Notes under the pieces: generated by a model
What the model saw: only the letters and a program-made list of their open reading frames with translations
Database searches by the model: none
Told to the model about the DNA's origin: nothing
Translations under genes and position numbers: made by a program
DNA from: an uncultured Nitrososphaerota archaeon
GTDB taxonomy: Archaea > Thermoproteota > Nitrososphaeria > Nitrososphaerales > CADDZS01
Direction: 5' to 3'
Length of the DNA stretch: 64,000 nucleotides
NCBI GenBank assembly: GCA_963799845.1
Contig: CAWCYI010000004.1
Coordinates: 2,016,001-2,080,000 of the forward strand
Part shown: positions 1 through 9,765 of the stretch, piece after piece
Position numbering within the stretch: the first letter of the stretch is position 1
How the letters are laid out: the number at the start of each line of letters is the position of its first letter

Positions 1-173
1 GTTCAGTGCAACAGTGTGTTTCTGTAGGAATCTGAATAGTTCCTTCGCTTCCGAGAGCAGGAGAAACGCAAAACCACCTTACCGTATTTTTCTCGGTTTC
101 TCTTTTGCGTCCTTGAGCGATAGGAGTCAGATGTTTTTGCAGAACGTAAATTAGTCCTAATCGCCGAAATCTG

Positions 174-491
174 TTATTGACGTCTTTCCAGTTCTGCCCG
201 AATATCCCTAATCTTAGTCGTGATAACTTCTCGTGCCTGAGGATTATCAATTCTTAGACGGTCAAATTCAATCAAACTCCCTTTCAAATTCTTGAGAAAA
301 GTCTCAAGCGAATCTGTAGGGATTTCCGAATACTTTCCTTGTTCAATCAGAGGAACGTAATCCGTTCCTTCAATTTTGGCTTTGAAGTTCACAACTTTCT
401 CTTTGTCTTTATTCACGGTTCCGAAGAACAAAGAAAGCAAAGTCAGTATAAAAGGAATAATCAAACTCGGCGAAAATGACAAAAGACGCAA
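174..491 (-). CDS. Hypothetical protein with N-terminal hydrophobic segment
   Basis: 105-aa ORF, hydrophobic start then charged helical region; start uncertain. Confidence 0.45.
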   Translation of the reverse strand: MRLLSFSPSLIIPFILTLLSLFFGTVNKDKEKVVNFKAKIEGTDYVPLIEQGKYSEIPTDSLETFLKNLKGSLIEFDRLRIDNPQAREVITTKIRDIRAELERRQ

Positions 492-676
492 CAGAAAACA
501 TTATTCTGTTAGGAAGAAAATTTTTCACGCTTTCTTTCGTGTGTTCTTTTTGCGTCCATTAGCGAAAGGAGTTAGGGTATAAGGGAAGAGGGGTAGGCAT
601 CTCTTTTTTGTGCTGAAGGCGTAGTAACAAAGAATAAAGCGGAATCTTAGGAGAGACCTTTAGTTTCCGTTCTCCG

Positions 677-1303
677 ATGAGAAGAGAAATCGTTTCAACT
701 CTGATAGTAGTGGCTTTGATTGTCGGTGCTGGAATAGGATATTTTGCAAATACTACCAGCAAGACAACTCAAACCGTGACTTATACGGAAAGTAACACTA
801 CGACTGAGGAAATCACATCAATTGTAACATTGCCAATCGTCGAACAAAACAGCACGAATAGTTCTTCTTATAACGAGACAGGTGTCAGCACGGTTTATTG
901 TGTGGTTTCGGTCGAAGGCAGCGGAGTATACCTTCGAATTGCGGATTCTTCGAACCACTCACTAGTCGGTCTGACAGTCTACGCGGTTCCAAAGGCGACA
1001 AGTTGTCTGGGAGAGCCTCCATTTCCCACACCTTTCGAGCAAACTTCCAACGCGACAGGCTGGGTCGCCCTAAACTCTCCGAATATTCAGGCGAATTACT
1101 ACTATCAAGTTACCGTCCTTGATTACGGGGGGAAAAACTACTCGCTCGTCCTGCCCCAATGGCCTCTACAGACTACTCTCGCAAATCTGAGTTTGCCCTC
1201 TGGAAATCTTACTGTTCAATTCTGTCAGACTCTCTTCGAGCCGACTAGGTTTTCGTGTAACCCCTTCGTAAATTCGACATCCACCTCTTCGACAACACCC
1301 TAA
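677..1303 (+). CDS. Membrane-anchored Ser/Thr-rich surface protein (module C: 'C-x-V-S-x-x-G-x-G-x-Y ... LPSGN')
   Basis: N-terminal TM helix, Thr-rich linker, C-terminal domain similar to 56605-57225, the C-terminus of 52260-53408 and 61471-61941. Confidence 0.8.
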   Translation: MRREIVSTLIVVALIVGAGIGYFANTTSKTTQTVTYTESNTTTEEITSIVTLPIVEQNSTNSSSYNETGVSTVYCVVSVEGSGVYLRIADSSNHSLVGLTVYAVPKATSCLGEPPFPTPFEQTSNATGWVALNSPNIQANYYYQVTVLDYGGKNYSLVLPQWPLQTTLANLSLPSGNLTVQFCQTLFEPTRFSCNPFVNSTSTSSTTP

Positions 1304-1406
1304 ACGATACTCCTTTGCTTCCTTGAGCGTCAATTTTGGAGGTATTTTGGATTCTAATCTAGAATCTACAAATCCAAAATAAACTGTCCGTGAAATACGA
1401 ACCTGT

Positions 1407-1673
1407 TTGAACAAACAGTATCTTGTCTGCGGTGCAATTGTCACCATTTTCGGGTCTTTCTTGATACCTATTACATCGTTCCTCAATGGATATCCTATTT
1501 GTTTGTGCTTACAAGTAGGTGGAATCCTGTATCTGACCGTTCTGAGAATTATTGCCTCTCCCCTAATTGTCATTGGAGTGGGATTAATTTTAGTAGGAAT
1601 CTTTTCGTCCGACAAAACCCCTCACCATGTCCTTCTTAAGACAGAATCAGAGGAATCTAAGGAAGAAGTATAG
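1407..1673 (+). CDS. Small two-TM membrane protein
   Basis: Two hydrophobic segments and a charged tail. Confidence 0.55.
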   Translation: MNKQYLVCGAIVTIFGSFLIPITSFLNGYPICLCLQVGGILYLTVLRIIASPLIVIGVGLILVGIFSSDKTPHHVLLKTESEESKEEV

Positions 1674-1733
1674 TTATCTTACTACCTTTCGCTTGTGGAG
1701 AATTTTTCTCGGTCTCTTTCGTGGTCGTTTTTT

Positions 1734-2093
1734 CTATGGACAATTATTTGCGTGTTCATTTGTCGGCGGAGTGGGGCTCACGCAATAGTAGGTTGAATTG
1801 TCATACCAAATCATATAGACAACAGCATTGACTGTGTAATTTGAATCGTAGTAGTATTTGCCCTGAAACAGTATGAGTTTAGCGGTGATAGTCTGATTAA
1901 GTGATGTTATACAAGGGAGTTGCAACGCACCACATGGTATCCCCGCTGTCTCGCCAAAGACAGTAATGTTATTCTTAACCACTACGTAAGTGGACGAGGA
2001 TGATTTTGAATAGTAAAACATCCAAAAGAGAATCCCGATAGCAATCAAAAGCACTACTAGAAGGCTTATCGCAACAACTAGCCTTGTTTGCAT
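1734..2093 (-). CDS. Membrane-anchored surface protein, MQTR-leader family
   Basis: MQTRLVVAI N-terminus matches paralogous leader; Cys pairs; shared promoter block upstream. Confidence 0.75.
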   Translation of the reverse strand: MQTRLVVAISLLVVLLIAIGILFWMFYYSKSSSSTYVVVKNNITVFGETAGIPCGALQLPCITSLNQTITAKLILFQGKYYYDSNYTVNAVVYMIWYDNSTYYCVSPTPPTNEHANNCP

Positions 2094-2099
2094 TTTTTG

Positions 2100-2170
2100 A
2101 GTATTTGGTGGATTTGAGTGTCGTAATATTTGAGACTATGCAATGACAGGACTGTTCTCACAACGGAACT
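2100..2170 (-). promoter_or_regulatory. Shared promoter block GTTC-N8/9-GAAC ... ATTG-x-x-TAG ... AAATAT
   Basis: Similar blocks upstream of 2093, 3372 and 4065 (minus) and 49047 (plus). Confidence 0.6.
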
Positions 2171-2248
2171 GGATATCATAGCGTAATTAGGAGCATCTCT
2201 GAGGCGAATTTTTCTCGATTTCTTTCGTGTGCTTTTGAGTCGAGCATA

Positions 2249-2653
2249 TTATTCGATTTCCAATTCTCCATTGATTGTGTCTCCGCTCGTGAAATTCAAA
2301 AAATAGCCAACAAACGTTCCCTTCACAATAGTAACTGGTATTTGGATAGTTACATTCGTAATCTTCCCCGATGGAATCGGAATAGTCGATGTTGATTCTT
2401 TGATTACTAAATTGGTGGTCGTATTGAAGATTTTAACCTCATTCAACGCTGTCTTTGCGTAAGGATTGTTTATCTCAAAGAAGCATTCCTTTGTGGAAGC
2501 AAAGCAAGAGTATTCGGAAAGAGTAGGGATTTGGGGAGGAATAGAATAAGTTCCCCAAGTGAATAACCCGACGGTAACCACGACGGCGACTACAAACACG
2601 CCAAGGGCGATGAAAGAGACTAAAATTGTCTTTGTTATTCCAAGTATTTGCAA
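2249..2653 (-). CDS. Pilin/archaellin-like membrane-anchored beta protein
   Basis: 'GI-TK' followed by long hydrophobic stretch and beta-rich domain; class III-like signal is inferred. Confidence 0.55.
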   Translation of the reverse strand: MQILGITKTILVSFIALGVFVVAVVVTVGLFTWGTYSIPPQIPTLSEYSCFASTKECFFEINNPYAKTALNEVKIFNTTTNLVIKESTSTIPIPSGKITNVTIQIPVTIVKGTFVGYFLNFTSGDTINGELEIE

Positions 2654-2802
2654 AATTCGGACTTACCCACTTTGAAGAATTTTCAAATCAAATTAAGACG
2701 TATGGAATCCAAATACAGATTCTTTGAATTGCCTCGCTTTGGATGATTACGCTTACCTGTAATCGTACTTCGTTTGATATCATAATTTAGGCATAAATGG
2801 AA

Positions 2803-3372
2803 TCATGTAGTTGTCGTGCTTGTTCCGTTCGGAACAACACAACAAGCGTAATCTATAGACATCTGAGGTATGTCATAGACCTCGGCACTTGAACTAATAT
2901 TCAGAAGTGGCACTGTTACTGTCAGCATGCTAACGGTCTCGTTTCTGGCGAAGGCGCATGTTACGGTTTGATTGCCATAACCAATGAATACGACCACGGT
3001 ATCATTTGGCAGAGTGGTCGTTACGCCATTTACAGTTTGCACTCCGTTACTTTCATTGTAACCGTAGGCAAGAGTATAGGGCGTGTTATTTTCGGCTTGG
3101 ATAAATTTGGGGTAGTATGCTACGCTGAGAGCAAGGTTGTGAATGTATGGTGGATTTGGGCATGCCGTAAGGTTCGTCAGCCCTAGAATCCTTGTGGTCA
3201 CCTTTTGTATCAGAGTAAGAGTGGTTGAGAGACTAATCGTTGAATGGTAAGTCTCAGTTGTTGCAGTGGTTGTAGTTATTTTCGGTAAAGCAAAGTATCC
3301 TACGGTTGTGCCGAGCGTAAGACCAATAATTGCGACTACGATAACGAGGGCAACAACCTGACCTGTTTTCAT
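2803..3372 (-). CDS. Membrane-anchored surface protein, M(K/Q)T(G/R)QVVA-leader family
   Basis: MKTGQVVALVIVVAIIGLTLGTTVGY leader and Thr-rich linker. Confidence 0.8.
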   Translation of the reverse strand: MKTGQVVALVIVVAIIGLTLGTTVGYFALPKITTTTATTETYHSTISLSTTLTLIQKVTTRILGLTNLTACPNPPYIHNLALSVAYYPKFIQAENNTPYTLAYGYNESNGVQTVNGVTTTLPNDTVVVFIGYGNQTVTCAFARNETVSMLTVTVPLLNISSSAEVYDIPQMSIDYACCVVPNGTSTTTT

Positions 3373-3465
3373 TTTTCCTTGAATCTATTCGAGGGATTTG
3401 TAATGCCGATATTTGATGCTATCCAATAGCATGGACGTTCTCACAAACAGAACGACAACGAACGC

Positions 3466-4065
3466 TCAATCGACGCAGTAATACTCAGTAATAGATACGA
3501 ACCATCCGCATCCAATTTGATAATTTGAGATATTCGGACTCACAGAGTAAACTGGTAGTCTTACGGCATCTAGTTTTTCATAGTTAGACGGAGAATTTGT
3601 CTGATTGGGATTTCTAATTATGAGATAAATATCATAGGTAAAATTATTCGGCACCTGAACGGTGTAAGTCCCGTTGAATTCTTGTGCGCTGGAAACATCT
3701 AGTGTGCTTTTAGCAGTCCAATTTTCAATATTTGATATGGGAGAACTATAATTCTGATTTCCGCAGAAAGCACTACCAAGGATACCAGTCAAATTACCGT
3801 AGTAACAAACACGGAAACTAATTTCAACTGGCACATAACTTTCCGCTCTGACCGTCCCACTCACCGTGATGATTTTTGGAGAGGACACTGAGGTTATCTT
3901 TGTCGTCGTTACTGATTGAATAATTACGACACTAGACTGGTTTGTAACGGTTTGCGTCAGAGTCGTAGTTTTTCCTGAAGAAACACTGTATCCTAAAGTG
4001 GTGCCGAGAGCGAGAGCAATAATTGCGATTATTATTACGATTGCAACGACTTGTCCTGTTTTCGT
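3466..4065 (-). CDS. Surface protein of the QVVA-leader family with ACG in place of the ATG start
   Basis: Frame is open upstream of the called ORF to ACG AAA ACA GGA CAA GTC GTT GCA (TKTGQVVAIVIIIAIIALALGTTLGYSVSSGKT) at 4065. Confidence 0.7.
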   Translation of the reverse strand, partial: TKTGQVVAIVIIIAIIALALGTTLGYSVSSGKTTTLTQTVTNQSSVVIIQSVTTTKITSVSSPKIITVSGTVRAESYVPVEISFRVCYYGNLTGILGSAFCGNQNYSSPISNIENWTAKSTLDVSSAQEFNGTYTVQVPNNFTYDIYLIIRNPNQTNSPSNYEKLDAVRLPVYSVSPNISNYQIGCGWFVSITEYYCVD

Positions 4066-4427
4066 GCTCTTTCCAATTCCAATGATTTCATTAGCCCATA
4101 TTTGAGGCTACGCAATAACAATACTGTTCTTAACGTTAGAAACGAAACAAAGGAAAATCAACGCCCTTTTCTCCCCAAACTTTCGAGTCCGCGCGAATGT
4201 CAGAGCCTAGTACTGTGAATCCGTGAGTTTCTAGGACGCGGCAGATCGCGCGGTTGCCCGAGGCAGGATCCCAGACCTCACCCGCGAATGTTTCTTTTCC
4301 AGAAGCTTCTAGACTACAATGCTCGGTGTTCGTAGAAATCTCCCTTCGATCTGCTTTTCTTGAAATTGTGTCCAGCGAACCTCATCGTCTCGCGAGTTTG
4401 ATTTTGGAGTACGCTAATCTGTTTCAA

Positions 4428-5066
4428 CTAGTACTTCTCCCCGAATCTTGGTCTGTATGCCAGAGCTCGATCTTTGTCGCCAGAAGTACCGAGAACTTTC
4501 GCAGTGTTATCCGTGTAGAAATGATGCAGCTCGAAGGGATAGTGATACTGCGGCCCGTGTGTCGTGTGCGGATCTTTCAACGGGTACTGATGCCTGAACG
4601 TCGAGAGGTTAGGTACTCCACCTTCATCGAGCTTAGGGCGGGCTTCGTAAAGAGCAGGTCGAGCCGGCACGGAATCCCAGGTCGGCTGATCGTGCCACGC
4701 TTTCAGAGCTCGCATTGCGGAATCGCTCATGTCGAAGGAAATACTTGCGATCTCAAAGGGCGCGTGGAAATTCTTTCCCTCAAAACGCAGCCAAGCCCAG
4801 GCGAGGTTCACTGTTCCAAATCCCTTCGGTTTCTTCTCTAGCATCTGGACCGCGAAATAATCTCGCTCGGGTTTCGGACGCGGAACAGTCTCTCTGACGA
4901 TCTTCCCCACGTCTTGAAGCTGCTCGTAGAGCTCGGGCAAACTGAGGGGTTCAGGCTCTCCGCGTTTTCGAGTGAATATCCTGAGTCTGCCACTGTGCTT
5001 TTCCATAATCCAAGCTTTGAAAATTACGGTGCGACGAAAAACTGAGGCAGACCTAGTGAAGCTCAA
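4428..5066 (-). CDS. Hypothetical protein
   Basis: 212-aa ORF at the end of a tightly packed minus-strand operon. Confidence 0.6.
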   Translation of the reverse strand: MSFTRSASVFRRTVIFKAWIMEKHSGRLRIFTRKRGEPEPLSLPELYEQLQDVGKIVRETVPRPKPERDYFAVQMLEKKPKGFGTVNLAWAWLRFEGKNFHAPFEIASISFDMSDSAMRALKAWHDQPTWDSVPARPALYEARPKLDEGGVPNLSTFRHQYPLKDPHTTHGPQYHYPFELHHFYTDNTAKVLGTSGDKDRALAYRPRFGEKY

Positions 5067-5081
5067 GCTCGATGATCAAAG

Positions 5082-5381
5082 CTACCTGTTCTTTTTATGC
5101 AAGCTGTCTCGGGCGTTCTTGAAGGCAGTCGTCGCGTCGTCTAAAATCTGCCCCCACTGATTGAACGCAGCTTCATGGCTCTCGTCCTCGACGCGGAAAG
5201 AAAATTTGGGATTAGGGGCGTTGGCAGAGTTGTTTGGTTCGACGAATTCCATAGAGACAACTTTCTTGTCCTTCTTCGTGCTGAAACTGAATGTTATGAG
5301 TACGCCGCGCACTAATTTCGCGGTGATGCAATCCCTCTGAATCGCGTCGTTGTCTCGCAGCTGATCTGTCCTAGAACTCAT
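5082..5381 (-). CDS. Hypothetical protein
   Basis: Overlaps neighbour within the operon. Confidence 0.6.
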   Translation of the reverse strand: MSSRTDQLRDNDAIQRDCITAKLVRGVLITFSFSTKKDKKVVSMEFVEPNNSANAPNPKFSFRVEDESHEAAFNQWGQILDDATTAFKNARDSLHKKNR

Positions 5382-5628
5382 ACTTCGCTTTCATCCTCTT
5401 GATTTCTGCCTCGATTGCATCAGAATTTTCTCGCAGCCGTTTCCTGAGTTTCCTCGATTTGTACCCCGCGAGGCTGAGACAAAGTAAGCTCAACCCTTCG
5501 CACATCAACGCCTGATTGTGATTCACCTGTCGGACTTTAGGATCGCTGCTCTGGCGAAAGACTCTCGCCAAAAGCTCAAACTGTTTCGATTGCCGCTTGA
5601 ATTCAAGCTTGTCTTGTTTGCTGACCAT
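5371..5628 (-). CDS. Small basic helical protein
   Basis: Operon context with overlapping stops and starts. Confidence 0.6.
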   Translation of the reverse strand: MVSKQDKLEFKRQSKQFELLARVFRQSSDPKVRQVNHNQALMCEGLSLLCLSLAGYKSRKLRKRLRENSDAIEAEIKRMKAKYEF

Positions 5629-6070
5629 TGTTATTCTCCTTTAGAGTAACCCTTCCGTGGAAATCCTGTCGGACTGTGTAACTAACATGGCTGCCGTTCT
5701 TCGACTGTTCCAGTACTCGCAGTTTGATCAAATCTTCCAGAGTGTCGCGCAGTTTCGAGCCGCTACTAGCGTATGCGTAGACGTTCTCCAACTGTTTCAC
5801 AACGTCGCTCATGTTGAACCTCTCCTGCGGTAGCTTGTTGTGATAGATCAGTGCGAACACTTTACCTAAAGTGTCAGAGTCGCTCAACTCCCTCGCTGGA
5901 AGATTCTCGGTGAAAATGTAACGCGGAAAACTTTCGACCACGTTGATCTTAGCCGGTACTTCTATCGTCGCACCAGCAGGCGGCAGAGGACCACCTTTCA
6001 GCCTAGCCTCGATCCGGGTGTCGACGAGCTCGTTGATTACTTTCCGCAGCGGATCTATTTCGTATGCCAA
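5603..6070 (-). CDS. Winged-helix-like protein
   Basis: C-terminal 'FNMSDVVKQL...LRDTLEDLIKLRVLEQSKNGSHVSY' fits a wHTH pattern. Confidence 0.6.
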   Translation of the reverse strand: MAYEIDPLRKVINELVDTRIEARLKGGPLPPAGATIEVPAKINVVESFPRYIFTENLPARELSDSDTLGKVFALIYHNKLPQERFNMSDVVKQLENVYAYASSGSKLRDTLEDLIKLRVLEQSKNGSHVSYTVRQDFHGRVTLKENNNGQQTRQA

Positions 6071-6264
6071 TCCAGATCACCGATTGCTGCCAGAATCTCT
6101 TGCGCCTCGCCCGAGAGTTTGTGGATCTTTTCCAGATTTTCTCTGCCTATCTCGGGATGTCGATCTAGTAGAACCTGGGCGATGATCCCGACCATAGATT
6201 GAGACTTGATCATTTCCTTCACCAGCTCCGAGACTGACTTCTCTCGAATGGGTACTGCGCTCAT
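6055..6264 (-). CDS. Small hypothetical protein
   Basis: ATGA overlap with the ATPase stop. Confidence 0.55.
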   Translation of the reverse strand: MSAVPIREKSVSELVKEMIKSQSMVGIIAQVLLDRHPEIGRENLEKIHKLSGEAQEILAAIGDLDWHTK

Positions 6265-9200
6265 ATTCCTCTGACCTCTGGATTGAGTTGGTATTTTCCG
6301 TTGACCTTCACGATGAGTCCAATGGTCGTGAGATTAGAGAGTGCGTTCTTGAATCCGCCCGATACCTGGTAGCCAGTAGCTTCCGCAATTTCCTCTCTAC
6401 TGAACCCCTGATCAGGGTTCCTCAGAAGATACTCGTAGATTTTCTGTGGCTGTCCGCCGCCAAGATGTTTGAGCCATTCTTCCAACGCATCTACGCTCGG
6501 TTCTCTGTACTCATCTCCGAGAATTGCGATTATCTCGTTCAAGCGGTCCTCATTGACCGAGAAGCGATTTCCCCTCTGCAAAATGTAGCCCGCTGTTTTC
6601 AGCTTGCTCAAAGAATTCTTGAAGCCGCCTGATGTTGCGCTGTAAATTGTCATCGCCCCGATCTGTTCTCGCGAGAAATCTTTTCCAGGTCGTAATGCGA
6701 GCCACGCTAGGATCTTCCGTTCTGCTTTTCCGAGTTTAGATTCCTCACTGTCCAGTTCATCACTTTGAACAGGCATGGCTTGAACCACAGAGCGAGGCGT
6801 TATGACAGGTTTTGGTGCTTGTATTGGAATCGTTGCCCTAGTTGGAATCGTCTGAGCTTTGACCACTGGCTCAAATGGGATCACCTGCGGAATTTCGGGA
6901 ATCTCGGTCGCGAGAAACCTGTCCGCTTGATCTTTGATCGCAGCACCCTGTTTTCCGATGTTATCTCCGAAGGAACTAACCTGTCTCATAACATCCTTAG
7001 CTTTGAGGAACGCAGTCTGGATCGACTTGAAGCCAGCATTGAATTTCTCGATCATCGCGTTCTGACCTCTCGCGAAATATTCCTCTTGGATCGCCTTAAC
7101 TTTCTCAGGACTCATCGGAGCTTCAAACTGCTGCTGCGCGACCTTCGTTTCCAGATTCTTGTTTTTCATCGTGAGGCTCTGAATTGTGTTCAGGTGTTCG
7201 CGATCTCTAGTACGCAGCTCTCTCAACTCGTCGAGTTTTTTCCTCTTGACCTCGGGGATCTCCTGGAAAGCTTCGAGCTGGGGTTTCACGGCTTCGGGTG
7301 TCGGCGGCGGAATGTAGACCTGACCCGCTTCTTCGGCCTCGGGGTGATGCGTTTGGACCTGACCGACCTTCACCATTCGCAATCCTGAACTGAATATACC
7401 GCCAGAGGCGTAGAAGTACCCTGGCTCAATATTTCTTAATCCCTGCGTCTGCTCTTTGCCCTCTTTCCCGCTGCTAAATCCCAGAATGTCTGCGGCGCGA
7501 TCCTGATCTACATCGGCGTTGGTATTTCCGATCATGTAATTCTTGAGCTCGGCCACCACGTCTTTGCTAAGTTTCGCGAGTCGCTGCGTTGCAAGTACAA
7601 TCGCAAAGCCTCGCTTCCTTCCTTTGCTCGCCAGATCGCGCAGAGCTTGAAGCGAGCTGTCCTCTGGCGATTCCGAGGACGAACCCCTTCTGTGTCCCGA
7701 CTCGGCAGCATAATCGTGGGCTTCATCTATCCAGATCAGGGCCGGATGCCATAATTCCCTCGGGGCATTGACAAGCTGCTCGACAAATCTCGCAACGTAG
7801 ATCTGTCGCTCGGTAACTTTCAATTCGGAAATATCTACAATTAGAGAAGCTTTGGTCCGTAGAGCAGTTAGGGCGAGTGCGTCAGCGGTATTGGGATCCG
7901 CCTCAATGTCTCCCATTAACTTTCCGTCGTCATCGCGCTCGGCGGTCGCGAGGACAAAACCGAATTTCTCTCTGAGACTGGAAAACTCTCCCTCGGGATC
8001 GATTATGATCTGCTGGACGTATCCGAAGAAGAGCTCCATCAGCATCCGCATTAACCAAGAATTGTGTACAAAGATTCCATTTGCGTAGAAGTTTTCGTTG
8101 TCCTCAACTGTCAGGTCGTACACGAAATCTGTCGTCGATGGGAGTTTTTCCACTTCTGTAATTTCATCCCAGTACACGTCCGAATAGGCAAGCCGTTTGA
8201 TGCTGCTCAGTTGCAACTCCTCGACTATGTTTTGTAGTCGCCTTCGTCCTATTACTCCTGTTTGAACAGCCCCATCGATAGAACCGATTGGAGTCCACAC
8301 TGGATTGCCCTTAACATATCGCCCCCGTGAATCGAGCTCTTGCTTTGCATCTTGATACAATTTTGGAGTTGCTGGAATTACGTCGAGAGAATCATACTGC
8401 CAGGGTGAATCTTCGTGGAGAAGTTTCATTCTCCCGCCGATAGTTTCTAGGAATCTGTCGTATGATTCGCCCGAGAACGCTGCTCTATGGTATGGTGTGC
8501 CTCCGACAATCTTGGGTTTTAGATTCAATCGAGCTACGATGCCAAAGCGAAGCAGTAGAACAGCAATATCGGGTTTCAATTTTTGGCTCTTGGTAACATA
8601 TTCGATTGAATGGTGCTTCTTGCCTCTTGGATAGCCGTCGCCGTCAAAGTATCCCTGTAACAGACCCACACAGAATTCATCAGGCGCGTTAAGTACCCAA
8701 TTCGGTATTTTCTTGTTGCTAGATCCCGAACCGAATTGCTCGCTGATCCAATTTGCGAAAGAAATGCCAAAGATTGCAGCCTGACCGTTTCGCCCTGTTG
8801 AGTGAAAGCCGAGACTTTCACCAAAAGTTTTGACGCGATCTAATGTTTCCTGATTATTCTGAGTAACGTACGTTCCCCCGTGATGGACATGCCCTTCTGC
8901 CAGGTAGATGCCACAGAAGTAACCGAATTCGAGATCGAGCTGTAACTTTCTTTGTAAAATCTGGTGAGTGGCAAAATGTCCCTTCTGCGTCCACAAGTCG
9001 GCATTAATCTCTCTAATTGGCTCAGATGAAGGTAGAGATCTGGGAAGTGGAAAACACATTCCCTTTGACAGCTCACTTCCTTTGATCGCCACCCAATCAT
9101 TTTCTCTGAATACGAGAAAGCTATGATCATCTGTTCCAGTTACGACCCGACCCGATCTGGTGTGGACTCGGACGAGATTGTTAGGCGATTTGTGTTTTTG

Positions 9201-9545
9201 TACGGCGAGAACTCGTTTCCACTCTACCTTCAATTCATGGCTGAGCGAAAGCGTCTTGATCTCTGAATGGCGTGGATAAATCTCCGAGGCGAAAGCTTCC
9301 ATAGTAGTTAGGCGAATCTCTCCGTCGATGTTCAATAGAAGCTCGCTGTCGCCTGTTACGGACTTACCACCGCCACTTGAGGCTTCGATGATCATGCGAG
9401 TCTTGATCAGTTTGGGAAGGTCGATGGTCGCCTTTCCGTCCTCTTTGTAGTGCTGCTTTCCCTTCGAGTCAGTCTCGGTCTGTTCGACCCAGGTACCGAA
9501 ATCGAAGTACTGTTTGGATCGCTGCGATGTTTTCTGTGCGCTCAA
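6261..9545 (-). CDS. HerA/FtsK-superfamily (DUF87-like) ATPase with intein, coiled coil and two C-terminal wHTH domains
   Basis: Walker A ASSGGGK^S, IIIDPEGEF, Walker B IWIDEAH, KGRKRG and LATQR motifs; duplicated 'FSREx I...SGGFKNxLSxL' wHTH. Confidence 0.9.
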   Translation of the reverse strand: MSAQKTSQRSKQYFDFGTWVEQTETDSKGKQHYKEDGKATIDLPKLIKTRMIIEASSGGGKSVTGDSELLLNIDGEIRLTTMEAFASEIYPRHSEIKTLSLSHELKVEWKRVLAVQKHKSPNNLVRVHTRSGRVVTGTDDHSFLVFRENDWVAIKGSELSKGMCFPLPRSLPSSEPIREINADLWTQKGHFATHQILQRKLQLDLEFGYFCGIYLAEGHVHHGGTYVTQNNQETLDRVKTFGESLGFHSTGRNGQAAIFGISFANWISEQFGSGSSNKKIPNWVLNAPDEFCVGLLQGYFDGDGYPRGKKHHSIEYVTKSQKLKPDIAVLLLRFGIVARLNLKPKIVGGTPYHRAAFSGESYDRFLETIGGRMKLLHEDSPWQYDSLDVIPATPKLYQDAKQELDSRGRYVKGNPVWTPIGSIDGAVQTGVIGRRRLQNIVEELQLSSIKRLAYSDVYWDEITEVEKLPSTTDFVYDLTVEDNENFYANGIFVHNSWLMRMLMELFFGYVQQIIIDPEGEFSSLREKFGFVLATAERDDDGKLMGDIEADPNTADALALTALRTKASLIVDISELKVTERQIYVARFVEQLVNAPRELWHPALIWIDEAHDYAAESGHRRGSSSESPEDSSLQALRDLASKGRKRGFAIVLATQRLAKLSKDVVAELKNYMIGNTNADVDQDRAADILGFSSGKEGKEQTQGLRNIEPGYFYASGGIFSSGLRMVKVGQVQTHHPEAEEAGQVYIPPPTPEAVKPQLEAFQEIPEVKRKKLDELRELRTRDREHLNTIQSLTMKNKNLETKVAQQQFEAPMSPEKVKAIQEEYFARGQNAMIEKFNAGFKSIQTAFLKAKDVMRQVSSFGDNIGKQGAAIKDQADRFLATEIPEIPQVIPFEPVVKAQTIPTRATIPIQAPKPVITPRSVVQAMPVQSDELDSEESKLGKAERKILAWLALRPGKDFSREQIGAMTIYSATSGGFKNSLSKLKTAGYILQRGNRFSVNEDRLNEIIAILGDEYREPSVDALEEWLKHLGGGQPQKIYEYLLRNPDQGFSREEIAEATGYQVSGGFKNALSNLTTIGLIVKVNGKYQLNPEVRGI
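8061..9362 (-). mobile_element. Intein (434 aa) with LAGLIDADG homing endonuclease
   Basis: Starts SVTGD, block B TDDHSF, GIYLAEGH and LQGYFDGDG motifs, ends VYDLTV...VHN followed by Ser. Confidence 0.93.
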
Positions 9546-9667
9546 GAGGTCTGCACCCTATTCTTTTCAATGTCGATCTTCTTGCCGCAATCAGGACAGG
9601 TCGCTCGGGTGGTGTTACTGCCCCCGTAATTCCACTCGTGGCCGCAGTTTGGACAGCGTAGCTCCAT
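9542..9667 (-). CDS. Small zinc-ribbon protein
   Basis: MELRCPNCGHEW...TCPDCGKK; likely start at 9667; stop overlaps the ATPase start. Confidence 0.7.
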   Translation of the reverse strand: MELRCPNCGHEWNYGGSNTTRATCPDCGKKIDIEKNRVQTS

Positions 9668-9765
9668 TCGACTACTACAACTACGACTACGAACCATGCT
9701 TTCCCTTATAACGTAAGGCAGGGTGTCGTACATTTCCCCAAATTCTGTTTTAGATTCAGAGACTT

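Larger units (their letters stand above)
86..2247. repeat. Four dispersed copies of a ~35-40 bp degenerate repeat (about 86-118, 519-560, 1701-1733, 2207-2247)
   Basis: Consensus roughly ATTTTTCTCGgTtTCTTTcgtgtg..TTTTGcGTC, read by eye. Confidence 0.55.

Noticed and set aside
4140-4430. attL/attR direct repeat or tRNA target matching the 48.85-kb junction
   Set aside because: No convincing repeat or cloverleaf found by eye; a self-alignment would be decisive.
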